A stretch of DNA of 64,000 nucleotides from an uncultured Candidatus Rokubacteria bacterium (GTDB lineage: Bacteria; Methylomirabilota; Methylomirabilia; Rokubacteriales; DASRDR01). The notes beneath the pieces were generated by a model. The model was given only the letters and a program-made list of their open reading frames with translations, did no database searches and was not told where the DNA came from. Below, one piece after another: positions 19,501-29,885 of the stretch; the first letter of the stretch is position 1, and the number at the start of each line of letters is the position of its first letter. Location: NCBI GenBank assembly GCA_963805625.1, contig CAWDVE010000013.1:480001-544000 (forward strand), written 5' to 3'. The translations under genes and the position numbers were made by a program.

Positions 19501-21577
19501 GCTTCAGGCCCGGACCCGAGAGCTGACGCGGTCCGTGGAGGAGCTGGAGGCCCTGGGTGCGGTCAGCCGGACCGTCAGCTCCACGCTCGACCTCCCGACC
19601 GTCCTGACCACGATCGTCAGCCGCGCGGTGCAGCTGTCCGGAGCGGCCGGCGGCGTGATCTACGAGTACGACGAGACCACTCAGGCGTTTCCGCTCCAGG
19701 CGAGCCACCGAATGGAGGAGGAGCTGATCGAGGTGCTGCGCGCCGCCCCGATCCAGCCCGGGGAAGGCGCCACCGGCCAGGCGGTGCTGCGCCGCGAGCC
19801 GGTCCAGGCGCCCGACATCGGCGACGAGAAGGCCTACGCCACGACCCGGCTCCGGGCGGTCCTCCTCCGGCTCGGCTATCGTTCGGTCCTCGCCGTGCCG
19901 CTCCTGTCCGAGCAGCGAATCCTGGGTGTCCTGACGGTGTGGCGACAGGCAGTTGGACTGTTCCCGGACGAGGTCGTGAAGCTTCTCCAGACCTTCGCCT
20001 CCCAGTCCGCCCTGGCCATCCAGAACGCCCGGCTCTTCCGGGAGCTCCAGGCGAAGAGCCGGGAGCTCGAGGTCGCGAGCCGCCACAAGTCGGAGTTCCT
20101 CGCGAACATGTCCCACGAGCTCCGGACGCCGCTCAACGCCATCATCGGCTACAGCGAGATGCTCCAGGAGGAAGCCCGGGACCAGAACGCCGAGGGCTTC
20201 GTCCCCGACCTCCAGAGGATCAATGCGGCCGGCAAGCACCTCCTCGAGCTCATCAACGGCGTGCTCGATCTCTCGAAGATCGAGGCCGGGAAGATGGAGC
20301 TCTACCTGGAAACCTTCGAGGTTGGGCCACTCGTGCGCGACGTTGCAGCCGTGCTCGAGCCCCTCGCCCAGAAGAACGCGAACCGCCTCGAGGTCCACTG
20401 CGCCCCGGAGATCGGGGCCATGCGCGCGGACCTGACCAAGCTTCGTCAGGCGCTCTTCAATCTCCTGTCGAACGCCTGCAAGTTCACCGAGCGCGGCGTC
20501 GTGTCCGTGGGGGTCGCGCGGGAGGCGACCGCCGACGGCGACTTCATCGTCTTCGCGGTGAGCGACACGGGGATCGGGATGACGCCCGAGCAGATGGCGC
20601 GGCTCTTCGAGGAGTTCGGCCAGGGTGACGCCTCAACCACACGCCGATATGGGGGAACTGGGCTCGGGCTCGCGCTCTCCCGGCGGCTCTGCCGGATGAT
20701 GGGGGGTGACGTCGCAGTAACGAGCGAGCCGGGGCGCGGCAGCACGTTCACGATCCGGCTGCCAGCAGAGGTGCCGGAGCCGTCGCGGGAGATCCCACCC
20801 CCGGCCGTGCGCGACGCGGGCCCCGCGGGCACGAGCACCGTGCTCGTGATCGACGACGACGGCGCGGTGCGCGACCTCATGTCGCGGTTCCTGGGGAAGG
20901 AAGGCTTCCGCGTCGTGGCCGCCGGCGGCGGGGAGGATGGCTTGCGGCTCGCCCGGGAGCTCATGCCCGACGTGATCACTCTCGACGTCCTCATGCCCGG
21001 CATGGACGGCTGGTCGGTACTCGCGGCGCTGAAGGCGGACGCCGCCCTGGCGGAGATCCCGGTGGTGATGCTCACCATGCTGGACGACCGGAATCTCGGC
21101 TACGCCCTCGGCGCCGCCGACTACCTCACCAAGCCGATCGACCGGGAGCGGCTCGTGGCCGTGCTCGAGCGCTACCGCCGGGACCTCCCCGTCCTCGTGG
21201 TCGACGACGACCCCGATTTCCGTGAGCTGGCGCGACGGATGCTGGAGCGCGAGGGTTACACGGTGGTCGAGGCTGAGAATGGGCGCGCCGCCCTCGACCG
21301 GCTCCGCGACACCGTCCCCGGCGTGGTCCTCCTCGATCTCATGATGCCCGAGATGGACGGGTTCGACTTCGTCGCCGCGGTCCGGGCGGACGCGGCGTGG
21401 CGGTCCGTGCCCATCGTCGTCATCACGGCCAAGGACCTCTCCCCCGAGGACCACGAGCGGCTCAACGGCTACGTGACGCGCGTCGTCCAGAAGGGCGCCC
21501 TGAGCCGCGAGGCACTGCTCGGCGAGGTGCGCGATCTCGTGACCGCATCGGCCCGCCACGGCCGGGGGAGGCGCTAG
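13600..21577 (+). CDS. giant hybrid sensor histidine kinase: 12 GAF + HisKA + HATPase + 2 REC (about 2660 aa; two 1-nt deletions near 14388 and 14445)
   Basis: Eleven FA(D/N/A)QAxIAxENxRL linkers plus [14 protein letters not shown]; [16 protein letters not shown]-box, [23 protein letters not shown]; two receivers ([18 protein letters not shown]); three overlapping frames rejoin as [27 protein letters not shown]. Confidence 0.9.
14089..19500 (+). repeat. intragenic ~100-bp near-identical GAF linker repeats
   Basis: TTCGCNGACCAGG...GAGAACGTCCG...CAGCAGACGGC units start at 14089, 14621, 15158, 15701, 16226, 16745, 17279, 17816, 18350, 18896, 19451. Confidence 0.9.
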
Positions 21578-21636
21578 TGGCGAAGATCCTTCTCATCGAG
21601 GACAATGAGATGAATCGCGATATGCTTTCGCAGCTG
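21578..21636 (+). pseudogene. truncated copy of the response regulator N-terminus
   Basis: [20 protein letters not shown] matches MAKILLVEDNEMNRDMLSRRL at 25576, then homology stops. Confidence 0.8.
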
Positions 21637-21734
21637 GTCCCGCGGGCTCCGAGGTCCTGGCCGCCCGCGATCCACCCGCGCAGACGCACACGGAAGCAGA
21701 CCAGGGTTGTGTCGTAGCAAGGGAGAATCGGTCC

Positions 21735-22838
21735 ATGGGCAATCTCACGCGCCTGCTTCTTGTCGCAGCCACACTCGTGGCGCTTCACACGACATCCGTG
21801 CGAGCGGAGATCACGATCGGATCGGCCGGCCCACTCAGTGGGCAGTGGACGGGAACTGGCGAGCAGCAGCGGCGCGGCGTGGAGATGGCGGTGGCCGACC
21901 TCAACAGCCGGGGCGGTGTCCTCGGCCAGCGAGTCAGGCTCATCGTCGTCGACGACGCCTGCGACCCCGATCAAGCGGTTGCGGTCGCGAATCAGCTGGT
22001 CAGTGAGCGCGTCGCGATGGTCGCCGGCCACCTCTGCTCCGGGTCCTCGATCCCCGCCTCGAAGGTCTACACGAAGGCGGGCATCGTCATGATCTCCCCG
22101 GCCTCGACGAACCCGAAGCTCACCGACGAAGGCGGGGCCAACGTGTTTCGCGTGATCGGTCGGGACGACCAGCAGGGCTTCATCGCCGGCAACTACCTGG
22201 CCGACCACTGGGGAACGAAGAAGATTGCGATTCTCCACGACGGCCAGGCGTATGGCAAGGGCCTCGCCGAGGAGACCAAGAAGCGGTTGACCAAGCGCGG
22301 CGTGCAGGTCGCCATGTACGAAGAGTACCCGCCCGGCGCGAAGGACTACTCGGACCTGGTCTCGAAGCTGAGGGACGGGGAGATCGCCGTCGCCTACGTC
22401 GGGGGTTATGTGACCGAGGCGGCGCTCATCCTCCGCCAGGCCCGCGATCGGGGCTATGGCCTCGAGCTCGTGTCGGGTGACGCGATGGCCAACGACGAGT
22501 TCTGGCTGATCACAGGTCCGGCGGGCGAGGGTACCGCGTTTACCTTCGGCCCCGATCCGCGCCGGAACCCCGAAGCGGCCGCCGTCGTCGCACGGTTTCG
22601 TGCCGCGAAGTACGAACCCGAGGGCTATACGCTCTACGCCTACGGGGCGATCCAGACGTGGGCCCAGGCCGTCGCGCGGGCAGGTTCCTTGGACTCGAGC
22701 AAAGTGGTCGCGTCTCTCCGCAGCCACCAGTTCGAGACCGTGCTGGGCAAGATCCGCTTCGACAAGAAGGGTGATCTCACCTCCGCCGGGTTCCTCTGGT
22801 ACGTCTGGAGGCAGGGAAAATACGTGCCGAAGCAGTAG
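21735..22838 (+). CDS. branched-chain amino acid-type SBP (LivK/LivJ-like), no permeases adjacent
   Basis: Signal peptide; DDACDP, GHLCSGSSIPAS, ISPASTNPKLT, GRDDQQG. Confidence 0.92.
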   Translation: MGNLTRLLLVAATLVALHTTSVRAEITIGSAGPLSGQWTGTGEQQRRGVEMAVADLNSRGGVLGQRVRLIVVDDACDPDQAVAVANQLVSERVAMVAGHLCSGSSIPASKVYTKAGIVMISPASTNPKLTDEGGANVFRVIGRDDQQGFIAGNYLADHWGTKKIAILHDGQAYGKGLAEETKKRLTKRGVQVAMYEEYPPGAKDYSDLVSKLRDGEIAVAYVGGYVTEAALILRQARDRGYGLELVSGDAMANDEFWLITGPAGEGTAFTFGPDPRRNPEAAAVVARFRAAKYEPEGYTLYAYGAIQTWAQAVARAGSLDSSKVVASLRSHQFETVLGKIRFDKKGDLTSAGFLWYVWRQGKYVPKQ

Positions 22839-22907
22839 GTGTCTCGCCCGAGTCCGTCGAAGACGGGGTGGTCGTGACAACAGTTTCCCGGTCGACGAAG
22901 AGGCGCG

Positions 22908-25343
22908 GTGCTTAGGAACCTCGGCGTCCGCGGACGGCTGCTCCTGGCCTTCTTCGGGATCAGCGCTTTCGCCGTCCTTGCCGCGGCCGCCGCCATGTAC
23001 TCCTTTCTCCAGGTGGGTCGGACACTGGACCGCATCACCGCGCAACGACTGCCTCCGGTCCTCGCGTCCCTGCAGCTATCCGGCCAGGTCGAGCGGATCG
23101 TTGCCGTGGCGCCCGCGCTGCTGACGGTCACGTCGGCGACACAGCACGAGCCCCTGTCGAAGACGATCGCCACCGAGGCCGACCAGCTGAGCCGGCTCGT
23201 CGCCGAACTGGAGAGGGGAGATCTCGCCCGCCCGGCCATACCGCAGATCAAGTCGGTCGTGGCGCGGCTCCGCGTCAATCTCGATACCCTCAACGCACTG
23301 GTGGCGAACCGGCTCGCGGCTCGCCAGCGCAAGAGGGATCTACTCGGGGAGCTGTCCGGGGCCCACATCGCCACGCAGCGGGTGCTCACGACGGGCATCG
23401 CGGTGATGGACGCGAAGATCTCGCACTCGCGTCGGACGACGAGGCAGGCGCCCGTGGCCCCCCAGGCGCTCCTGTCGTCAGTGCTGTCCCTCGATGAACT
23501 GCTGTCCTCCGTGGCGCTCCGAGACGTCCAGTCAACGGTTGCGATCATCAACCACACCCTGCTCCAAGCCGCACTGGTCGAGAGTGCCGCCGAGCTCCAG
23601 GTCCTGGCGTTCCCGCTGCGCCGGTCGCTGAGCGCGCTGGAGACCGCGTCCGCCGACGTCGACCCGACGCTCCGGCAGCTCCTGGCTCCCCGAATCGAGG
23701 AGTTCCGGAGCTTCGTCACCGGACCCAACAGCATCCTCGATGTGCGCACGCGCGAGCTCGACATCGTCGCCGACGGTGAGCGCCTGCTTGCCGAAAACAG
23801 GACGCTCTCCGGTGAGCTGACCAAGGCGGTGAGGACGCTTGTCGACGGTGCGGAGCAGGACATCGGCAAAGCGAGCCTTGAGGCGCACTCCGTCCAGCGA
23901 TTCAGCCTCGGCATCGTGATTGCTGCGGTCGCGTTGAGCCTGACCAGCTCCACGCTCATCGTCTGGCTCTACGTGGACCGTAATCTGATCGCCCGCGTGG
24001 CCGCTCTGAGGGACAGCATGCTGGCGATTGCGGGCGGCAACCTGCAAGCAAACATCCCGGCCCAGGGCCAAGACGAGCTTGGCCGCATGGCTCAGGCGCT
24101 GGTCGTCTTCCGCGACACCGCGAGAGAGGTCGAGGCGGCGAACCTCAGGGAGATTCGAGAGGCGCGGGGGCGGCTCACGGATGCGATCGAGAGCATCTCG
24201 GAGGGGTTCTCGCTCTATGATGCGGATGACCGGTTGGTACTGTGCAATAGCCGCTATCGTGAGCTCTTGTATCCGGGCCTGAGCGATACGATCACACCTG
24301 GCATGTCCTTCGAGATGATCGTTCGGCAAGCTGTCGAACGGGGCTTGATCCGCAGCGCCGAGGGACAGAAAGATGCCTGGGTCACGGAGCGCGTGGCCCA
24401 GCATCGCAGTCCCGGCAGACCCCTCGTGCAGCGGCGCAGCGATGGCACGTGGATCCGGATCAACGAGCGACAGACGGAGGACGGCGGCACCGTCGGCGTG
24501 TACACGGACATCACCGAGCTGAAGCGGCGAGAGGAGGAACTGGAGCAGGCGCGAGACACGGCACAGCAGGCGACCGAGGCCAAGAGCCGATTCCTCGCCA
24601 ATATGTCCCACGAGCTCCGGACCCCGCTGAACGCCATCATCGGCTACAGCGAGATGCTCCAGGAGGAAGCCCGGGACCAGAGCACCGAGGGCTTCGTCCC
24701 CGACCTCCAGAGGATCAACGCGGCCGGCAGGCACCTCCTCGAGCTCATCAACGGCGTGCTGGATCTCTCGAAGATCGAGGCCGGGAAGATGGAGCTCTAC
24801 CTCGAGAGCTTCGACATCCCGACCATGGTGCGCGATATCGCCGCCATGATCGCTCCTCTTGCCCAGAAGAACTCCAACCAGCTCGACGTCCGGTGCGACG
24901 AGACTGTCGGCGCCATGCACGCCGATCTGACCAAGGTCAGGCAGGCTCTGTTCAATCTGCTCAGCAACGCCTGCAAGTTCACTGACCACGGCATCGTCTC
25001 CCTGTCAGCGGCGCGCGAGGCGGCCGACGGCGGCGACTGGATCGCCTTCCACGTACGCGATACCGGCATCGGCATGACATCCGAGCAGCTGGGCCGGCTA
25101 TTCCGGGAGTTCTCCCAGGCGGATGCGTTGACGACACGTCAGTACGGCGGCACGGGGCTGGGCTTGGCGCTGAGCCAGCGGCTCTGCCGGATGATGGGGG
25201 GCGACATCACGGTGGCGAGCGAGCCGGGGCGCGGGAGCACGTTCACCATGCGGCTGCCGGCCAACGTGGTCGAGCCCAGGGAGGCGGCACCCCCTGCCGG
25301 CTCCGCGAAGCCAACCCAGGCGCGGACCTCCTCGACCTCATGA
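22908..25343 (+). CDS. membrane sensor histidine kinase: TorS-like periplasmic helical domain, HAMP, PAS, HisKA, HATPase
   Basis: Two TMs flanking a ~300-aa helical region; [16 protein letters not shown]; [26 protein letters not shown]; [10 protein letters not shown]. Confidence 0.88.
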   Translation: MLRNLGVRGRLLLAFFGISAFAVLAAAAAMYSFLQVGRTLDRITAQRLPPVLASLQLSGQVERIVAVAPALLTVTSATQHEPLSKTIATEADQLSRLVAELERGDLARPAIPQIKSVVARLRVNLDTLNALVANRLAARQRKRDLLGELSGAHIATQRVLTTGIAVMDAKISHSRRTTRQAPVAPQALLSSVLSLDELLSSVALRDVQSTVAIINHTLLQAALVESAAELQVLAFPLRRSLSALETASADVDPTLRQLLAPRIEEFRSFVTGPNSILDVRTRELDIVADGERLLAENRTLSGELTKAVRTLVDGAEQDIGKASLEAHSVQRFSLGIVIAAVALSLTSSTLIVWLYVDRNLIARVAALRDSMLAIAGGNLQANIPAQGQDELGRMAQALVVFRDTAREVEAANLREIREARGRLTDAIESISEGFSLYDADDRLVLCNSRYRELLYPGLSDTITPGMSFEMIVRQAVERGLIRSAEGQKDAWVTERVAQHRSPGRPLVQRRSDGTWIRINERQTEDGGTVGVYTDITELKRREEELEQARDTAQQATEAKSRFLANMSHELRTPLNAIIGYSEMLQEEARDQSTEGFVPDLQRINAAGRHLLELINGVLDLSKIEAGKMELYLESFDIPTMVRDIAAMIAPLAQKNSNQLDVRCDETVGAMHADLTKVRQALFNLLSNACKFTDHGIVSLSAAREAADGGDWIAFHVRDTGIGMTSEQLGRLFREFSQADALTTRQYGGTGLGLALSQRLCRMMGGDITVASEPGRGSTFTMRLPANVVEPREAAPPAGSAKPTQARTSSTS

Positions 25344-25576
25344 TGCCCGAGATGAACGAGTTCGAGTTCGTCGCCGCCGTCCGGGCGGACGCGGCGTGGC
25401 GGTCCGTCCCTGTCGTCGTCATCACGGCCAAGGACCTCACTCCCGAGGACCGGGAGCGTCTCGACGGCTCCGTGCCACGCGTCCTCCAGACGGGCGCCCT
25501 GAGCCGCGAGATGCCGTTCGGCGAGGTCCGCGATCTCCTGGTCGCGTCGGCCCGCCACAGCCCGGGGAGGCGATGA
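25340..25576 (+). pseudogene. C-terminal half of a receiver domain, duplicate of the giant kinase tail; may be fused to the upstream kinase if one C is missing at about 25317
   Basis: [33 protein letters not shown] versus [33 protein letters not shown]. Confidence 0.8.
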
Positions 25577-25941
25577 TGGCGAAGATCCTTCTCGTCGAGG
25601 ACAACGAGATGAACCGCGACATGCTCTCGCGCCGGCTGGCCAGGCGCGGCTACGAGGTCGTGGTGGCAGTGGACGGCCGGGAGGGGGTGGCGAAGGCCCG
25701 GGCGGAGGCCCCCGCCCTCGTCCTCATGGACATGAGCCTCCCCGTGCTCGACGGCTGGGAGGCAACCCGGGAGCTCCGCGCCGACCCGGCCACCCGGTCG
25801 ATTCCGATCATCGCCCTCACCGCCCACGCCATGGCCGGCGACCGGGAGAGGGCCCTCGCCGCGGGCTGCGACGATTTCGACACGAAGCCGATCGAGCTCG
25901 AGCGGCTTCTCGGGAAGATCGAGGCGCTCCTGGCCCGATGA
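25573..25941 (+). CDS. single-domain response regulator (DivK-like)
   Basis: LVEDN, MDMSLPVLDGW, ALTAHAM, DTKP. Confidence 0.93.
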   Translation: MMAKILLVEDNEMNRDMLSRRLARRGYEVVVAVDGREGVAKARAEAPALVLMDMSLPVLDGWEATRELRADPATRSIPIIALTAHAMAGDRERALAAGCDDFDTKPIELERLLGKIEALLAR

Positions 25942-27539
25942 CCCACGACCCGGCCAGCCTCGCGCACCTCCGCCACGAGCTGCGCACGCCGCTCAACCAC
26001 GTCCTCGGTTACAGCGAGATGCTGCTCGAGGACGCGGGCGATGCGAGCGCGCTGGCCGCGGAGCTCCGGCAGGTCCGCAGCGAAGGCCGAGCGCTCTTGG
26101 CCGTCGTCGAGGAGTCGCTGTCGCCGGCCCGCGGCGAGGAAGGCGGGCCGGATCTCGGCCGCTTCGCCTCGGCGCTGTCCGCCCCGCTCAACCGGCTCGG
26201 AGAGGCAGTGGACCGGCTCGGACGGCTGGCGAGCGAAAGTGGCTCTGGAGCAGTCTCGGCGGACGCGGAGCGCATCGCCGCCGCGGTGTCGAGGCTGCGG
26301 ACACTGGTCGAAGGCTGGGGGGCCGGACCCGAACGGGGCGCCGGGCCGAGTCCGGCCGTCGCGGCGCCGTCGGGCGCGACGGCCCTGGGGAAAAGTCGGG
26401 CCGCCGTTCGCGGCCCCGCGGTAGCGCCAGCCACAATCCTGGTCGTCGACGACGACGAGGAGAACCGGGAGCTGCTGACGCGGCGGCTCGCCCGGGAGGG
26501 TCACAAGGTCCGGGCAGCCACGGGCGGCCTCGAAGCGCTCGCCCTCCTGCAAAGCGAGCCCGTGGATCTCGTCCTCCTCGATGTCATGATGCCGGACCTC
26601 GACGGGCCCGCTGTGCTGGAGCGGCTCAAGCAGGACCCGGAGCGGCGGCACATCCCCGTCCTGATGATCTCGGCGCTCAACGAGACGGCGAGCGTCGTGC
26701 GTTCGATCGAGCTCGGGGCCGAGGACTACCTGCCGAAGCCGTGCGACGCCGTGCTGCTGCGGGCGCGGATCGGGGCCTGTCTCGAGAAGAAGCGCCTCCG
26801 CGACCAGGAGGCGCGGCACACCGTGGAGCTAGCCGAGTGGAACCGCACCCTCGAGCAGCGCGTCGCGGAGCAGGTGACTCAGGTCGAGCGTCTCGGCCGG
26901 CTGAAGCGGTTCTTCTCGCCCCAGCTCGCCGAGCTGATCGTGGCGGGCGGGGCCGATGACCCGCTCCGCACCCACCGGCGCGAGATCACCGTCGTCTTCC
27001 TGGACCTCCGCGGCTTCACCGCCTTCGCCGAGACCGCCGAGCCGGAGGAGGTGATGGGCGTCCTCCGCGAGTACCACGAGGCGATGGGGCAGCTCATCCT
27101 CGAGCACGAGGGCACGCTCGAGCGCTTCGCCGGCGACGGCATGATGGTCTTCTTCAACGACCCGGTGCCGGTCGAGAACCCCGCGGAGCGCGCCGTGAGA
27201 ATGGCGGTGGCCATGCGCGACCGCGTCCGTGGGCTCCGGAGCGCCTGGCGGAAGCGCGGCCACGACCTGGACCTCGGGGTCGGGATCGCGCAGGGCTACG
27301 CGACGATCGGCGCCATCGGCTTCGAGGGTCGCTGGGACTACGGGGCGATCGGCACCGTGACGAACCTCGCCGCGCGGCTCTGCGCCGAAGCCCAGGGCGG
27401 GCAGGTCCTGGTCACCTCGCGCGTCGCTGCCAGCGTCGAGGGGCTCGTGGATGTCGAGGAGGTCGGCGCGCTCGCGCTGCGCGGGCTCACGAAGCCTGTC
27501 CCGACCTCCAACGTCGTCAGGCTTACGCAGCCGTCCTGA
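25938..27539 (+). CDS. class III nucleotide cyclase with N-terminal HisKA/DHp (no ATPase) and receiver domain
   Basis: [11 protein letters not shown]; VVDDD...DVMMP...LPKP; VFLDLRGFT, AGDG, NLAARL. Confidence 0.9.
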   Translation: MTHDPASLAHLRHELRTPLNHVLGYSEMLLEDAGDASALAAELRQVRSEGRALLAVVEESLSPARGEEGGPDLGRFASALSAPLNRLGEAVDRLGRLASESGSGAVSADAERIAAAVSRLRTLVEGWGAGPERGAGPSPAVAAPSGATALGKSRAAVRGPAVAPATILVVDDDEENRELLTRRLAREGHKVRAATGGLEALALLQSEPVDLVLLDVMMPDLDGPAVLERLKQDPERRHIPVLMISALNETASVVRSIELGAEDYLPKPCDAVLLRARIGACLEKKRLRDQEARHTVELAEWNRTLEQRVAEQVTQVERLGRLKRFFSPQLAELIVAGGADDPLRTHRREITVVFLDLRGFTAFAETAEPEEVMGVLREYHEAMGQLILEHEGTLERFAGDGMMVFFNDPVPVENPAERAVRMAVAMRDRVRGLRSAWRKRGHDLDLGVGIAQGYATIGAIGFEGRWDYGAIGTVTNLAARLCAEAQGGQVLVTSRVAASVEGLVDVEEVGALALRGLTKPVPTSNVVRLTQPS

Positions 27540-27730
27540 CCGACGCGCCAGCAGCCGCGCCCGAGCGATCATCCGCGACTCCCCGCTCCGCGCGCTGGTC
27601 ACCCGCCCGCGCCGCGCCCGACGCGGCGGCCCTTGTCGCGCCGCGACGGTCGCGCGTACACTCGCTCCTGGGGCACCCGCCGCCTGGCGCGGCCGGCCCG
27701 ACCGACACCGCCCCCGGAGGACCGCGCTCG

Positions 27731-29287
27731 ATGCTTCCCGACACCCTGGGCCACATCTTCGACGTCCCGCTGCGGCTCGCCCCGTCGTCGGTGGCAGTCA
27801 TCCAGGGCGACACCACGTTCACCTACCAGGAGCTCGACGCCTGGTGCAACCGCGCGGCGAACGCGCTGGCGGGACTCGGCGTGCGCCCGGGCCACCGCGT
27901 CGCGCTCATGTTCTCGAACGACTGGCGGTTCCTTCCCGCGTTCCTCGGCCCCATGCGGATCGGTGCGGTATCGGTACCGCTCAATATCCGGATGGGGGAC
28001 GAGGCGCTGGCCTACGTGGTCCAGAACGCCGAGGCGACGGTGCTGGTGGCCGGCCGAGATCAGGCGGAGCGCGCCCGGCGCCTCGCGAGCCAGGCCAAGG
28101 GACTGGCCCACCTCGTGATGGACGCGCCGCCCACCGACGGCACCCTCGAGTGGGACGCGTGGCTCGCCGCCGCCTCCCCGCGCTTCCGGCGGCGCCGGCT
28201 CGATCCGGATTCGGTCTGCATGCAGCCGTACACATCCGGCTCGACCGGCAAGCCCAAGGGCGTCCTCCTGGCCCACCGCGGCCAGGTGTGGAACGCCGAC
28301 ATCATCCGGAAGATGGCGTGTCTCGACGACACGGAGCGCGCGCTCGTCGCCGTGCCCCTCTACCACAAGAACGCGATGATCGGCGCGGTGAAGCCGTTCC
28401 TCCTCGCGGGCGGGTCGCTCGTCATCCTCCCCGGCTTCGACCCCGTCGAGGTGATCCGCGCCATCGACCGCCACAAGGTGACCTACCTCACCGGCGTGCC
28501 GGCCATGTACAAGCTCATGCTCGCCGAGAAGGCCACCCTCGCGCGCCACAGCGTCCGCTCGATCCGCTACGCGCTCTGCGGGTCGGCCGAGGTGCCGGAG
28601 GAGCTCCTGATCGAGTTCCAACGGGTGTTCGGGGCGCCCATCGGCGAGTCGTACGGGCTGACGGAGGGCGGGCCGGTGCCGATGGCGAACCCGCGCTACG
28701 GGCTCAAGAAGCTCGGCTCCTGCGGCGTCGACGTCGCCAACTGCCAGAACCGCATCGTCTCGACGGCTGACGGGGTCACCGACTGCGCGGTCGACGAGGT
28801 GGGCGAGCTCGTCACGCGGAACCCCGGTCTCGCCAAGGGGTTCTGGAAGCTCCCGCAGGTCACGGCCCAGAAGATCCGCGACGGCTGGCTCTACACGGGC
28901 GACCTGATGCGCCGGGACCGGGACGGCTACTACTACTTCGTGGGCCGCAAGGACGACATGATCAACGTGGCCGGGGAGAACCTCTACCCGAAGGAGGTCG
29001 AGGACGTCCTGCTCCGGCACCCGGGGCTCAAGGACGCCTGCGTCGTATCCGCGCCCCACGCGACCAAGGGCGAGGCGCCGGTCGCCTACGTCGTCGCTCG
29101 CGATCCCGGGGCCGCGCCGGACGAGGAGGAGGTCAAGCGGTTTTTCCTCGAGCGCGGCGCCCCCTACGCCCACCCCCGCCGTGTCTTCTTCCTGGACCGG
29201 CTCCCGCTCGGCGGGACCGGCAAGCTCGACCGCTCGGCGCTCAAGCGCCTGGCTGCCCAGCTCTCGCCCCTCGAGTCCCTGAGATGA
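27731..29287 (+). CDS. acyl-CoA ligase (AMP-binding, class I adenylate-forming)
   Basis: YTSGSTGKPKG, YGLTE, TGD, GRKDDMI, GKLDR. Confidence 0.92.
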   Translation: MLPDTLGHIFDVPLRLAPSSVAVIQGDTTFTYQELDAWCNRAANALAGLGVRPGHRVALMFSNDWRFLPAFLGPMRIGAVSVPLNIRMGDEALAYVVQNAEATVLVAGRDQAERARRLASQAKGLAHLVMDAPPTDGTLEWDAWLAAASPRFRRRRLDPDSVCMQPYTSGSTGKPKGVLLAHRGQVWNADIIRKMACLDDTERALVAVPLYHKNAMIGAVKPFLLAGGSLVILPGFDPVEVIRAIDRHKVTYLTGVPAMYKLMLAEKATLARHSVRSIRYALCGSAEVPEELLIEFQRVFGAPIGESYGLTEGGPVPMANPRYGLKKLGSCGVDVANCQNRIVSTADGVTDCAVDEVGELVTRNPGLAKGFWKLPQVTAQKIRDGWLYTGDLMRRDRDGYYYFVGRKDDMINVAGENLYPKEVEDVLLRHPGLKDACVVSAPHATKGEAPVAYVVARDPGAAPDEEEVKRFFLERGAPYAHPRRVFFLDRLPLGGTGKLDRSALKRLAAQLSPLESLR

Positions 29288-29332
29288 GACACCACGCCCG
29301 CGTCCTCGTCACCCACCTGTGGATCCATGCGG

Positions 29333-29395
29333 TGGGGGGGTCTGGGGCCACAGGCCGAAGGCCGTGGAACGGAGCGCCGCCGCTCCCCCCCAGGG
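29333..29395. repeat. REP-like palindromic element
   Basis: GGGGGG...CCACAGGCCGAAGGCCGTGG...CCCCCCC; the core CCACAGGCCGAAGGCCGT recurs at about 29832. Confidence 0.5.
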
Positions 29396-29402
29396 TGAAC
29401 CA

Positions 29403-29792
29403 GTGAGCGAGCACCTTCACGTCGACCAGTCGCCCTTCCATCGCCTGATCGGGCTCGAGATGGTCCGCGCCGAGGCCGGCACGGTGGAGATGCGCCTGCC
29501 CTGGCGGGACGAGCTGGGCCGCGCCGACGGCTCCGACTGGTTCCACGGCGGCGTGATCTCGGCCTTGATCGACATCGCCGGCGACTATGCCATCGCCTCG
29601 AAGCTCGGCCGGGGCGTGCCGACCATCGACCTCCGCGTCGACTATCTTCGCCCCGCCCGCCGCGGCGACCTCCGGGTGCTCGCCCGTGCGGTCAAGGTCG
29701 GGCGCACCGTGGGAGTGGCCGACGTCGAGCTCCGGGACGCCAACGACGCCGTGGTCGCGATCGGCCGCTGCGCCTACTCCACCGCCGGATGA
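29403..29792 (+). CDS. PaaI-family thioesterase
   Basis: HGGVISALID, PTIDLRVDYLRPA. Confidence 0.92.
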   Translation: MSEHLHVDQSPFHRLIGLEMVRAEAGTVEMRLPWRDELGRADGSDWFHGGVISALIDIAGDYAIASKLGRGVPTIDLRVDYLRPARRGDLRVLARAVKVGRTVGVADVELRDANDAVVAIGRCAYSTAG

Positions 29793-29831
29793 CACGACCG
29801 GTAGACCGCCGCGGCCCGCCGCAGCAGGCCG

Positions 29832-29885
29832 CCACAGGCCGAAGGCCGTCCAAAAGGCCGTCCAACAGGCCGTCGAACGGCCGCA
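29832..29885. repeat. REP-like core followed by a 12-bp tandem repeat
   Basis: AAGGCCGTCCAA AAGGCCGTCCAA CAGGCCGTCGAA. Confidence 0.55.

Noticed and set aside
13600-20040. Cyanobacteriochrome/phytochrome photoreceptor
   Set aside because: No DIP, DXCF or CH bilin-binding motifs; the conserved Cys is at a different position
27731-29792. NRPS-like biosynthetic cluster
   Set aside because: No carrier protein, condensation domain or PPTase; fits a catabolic CoA ligase and thioesterase
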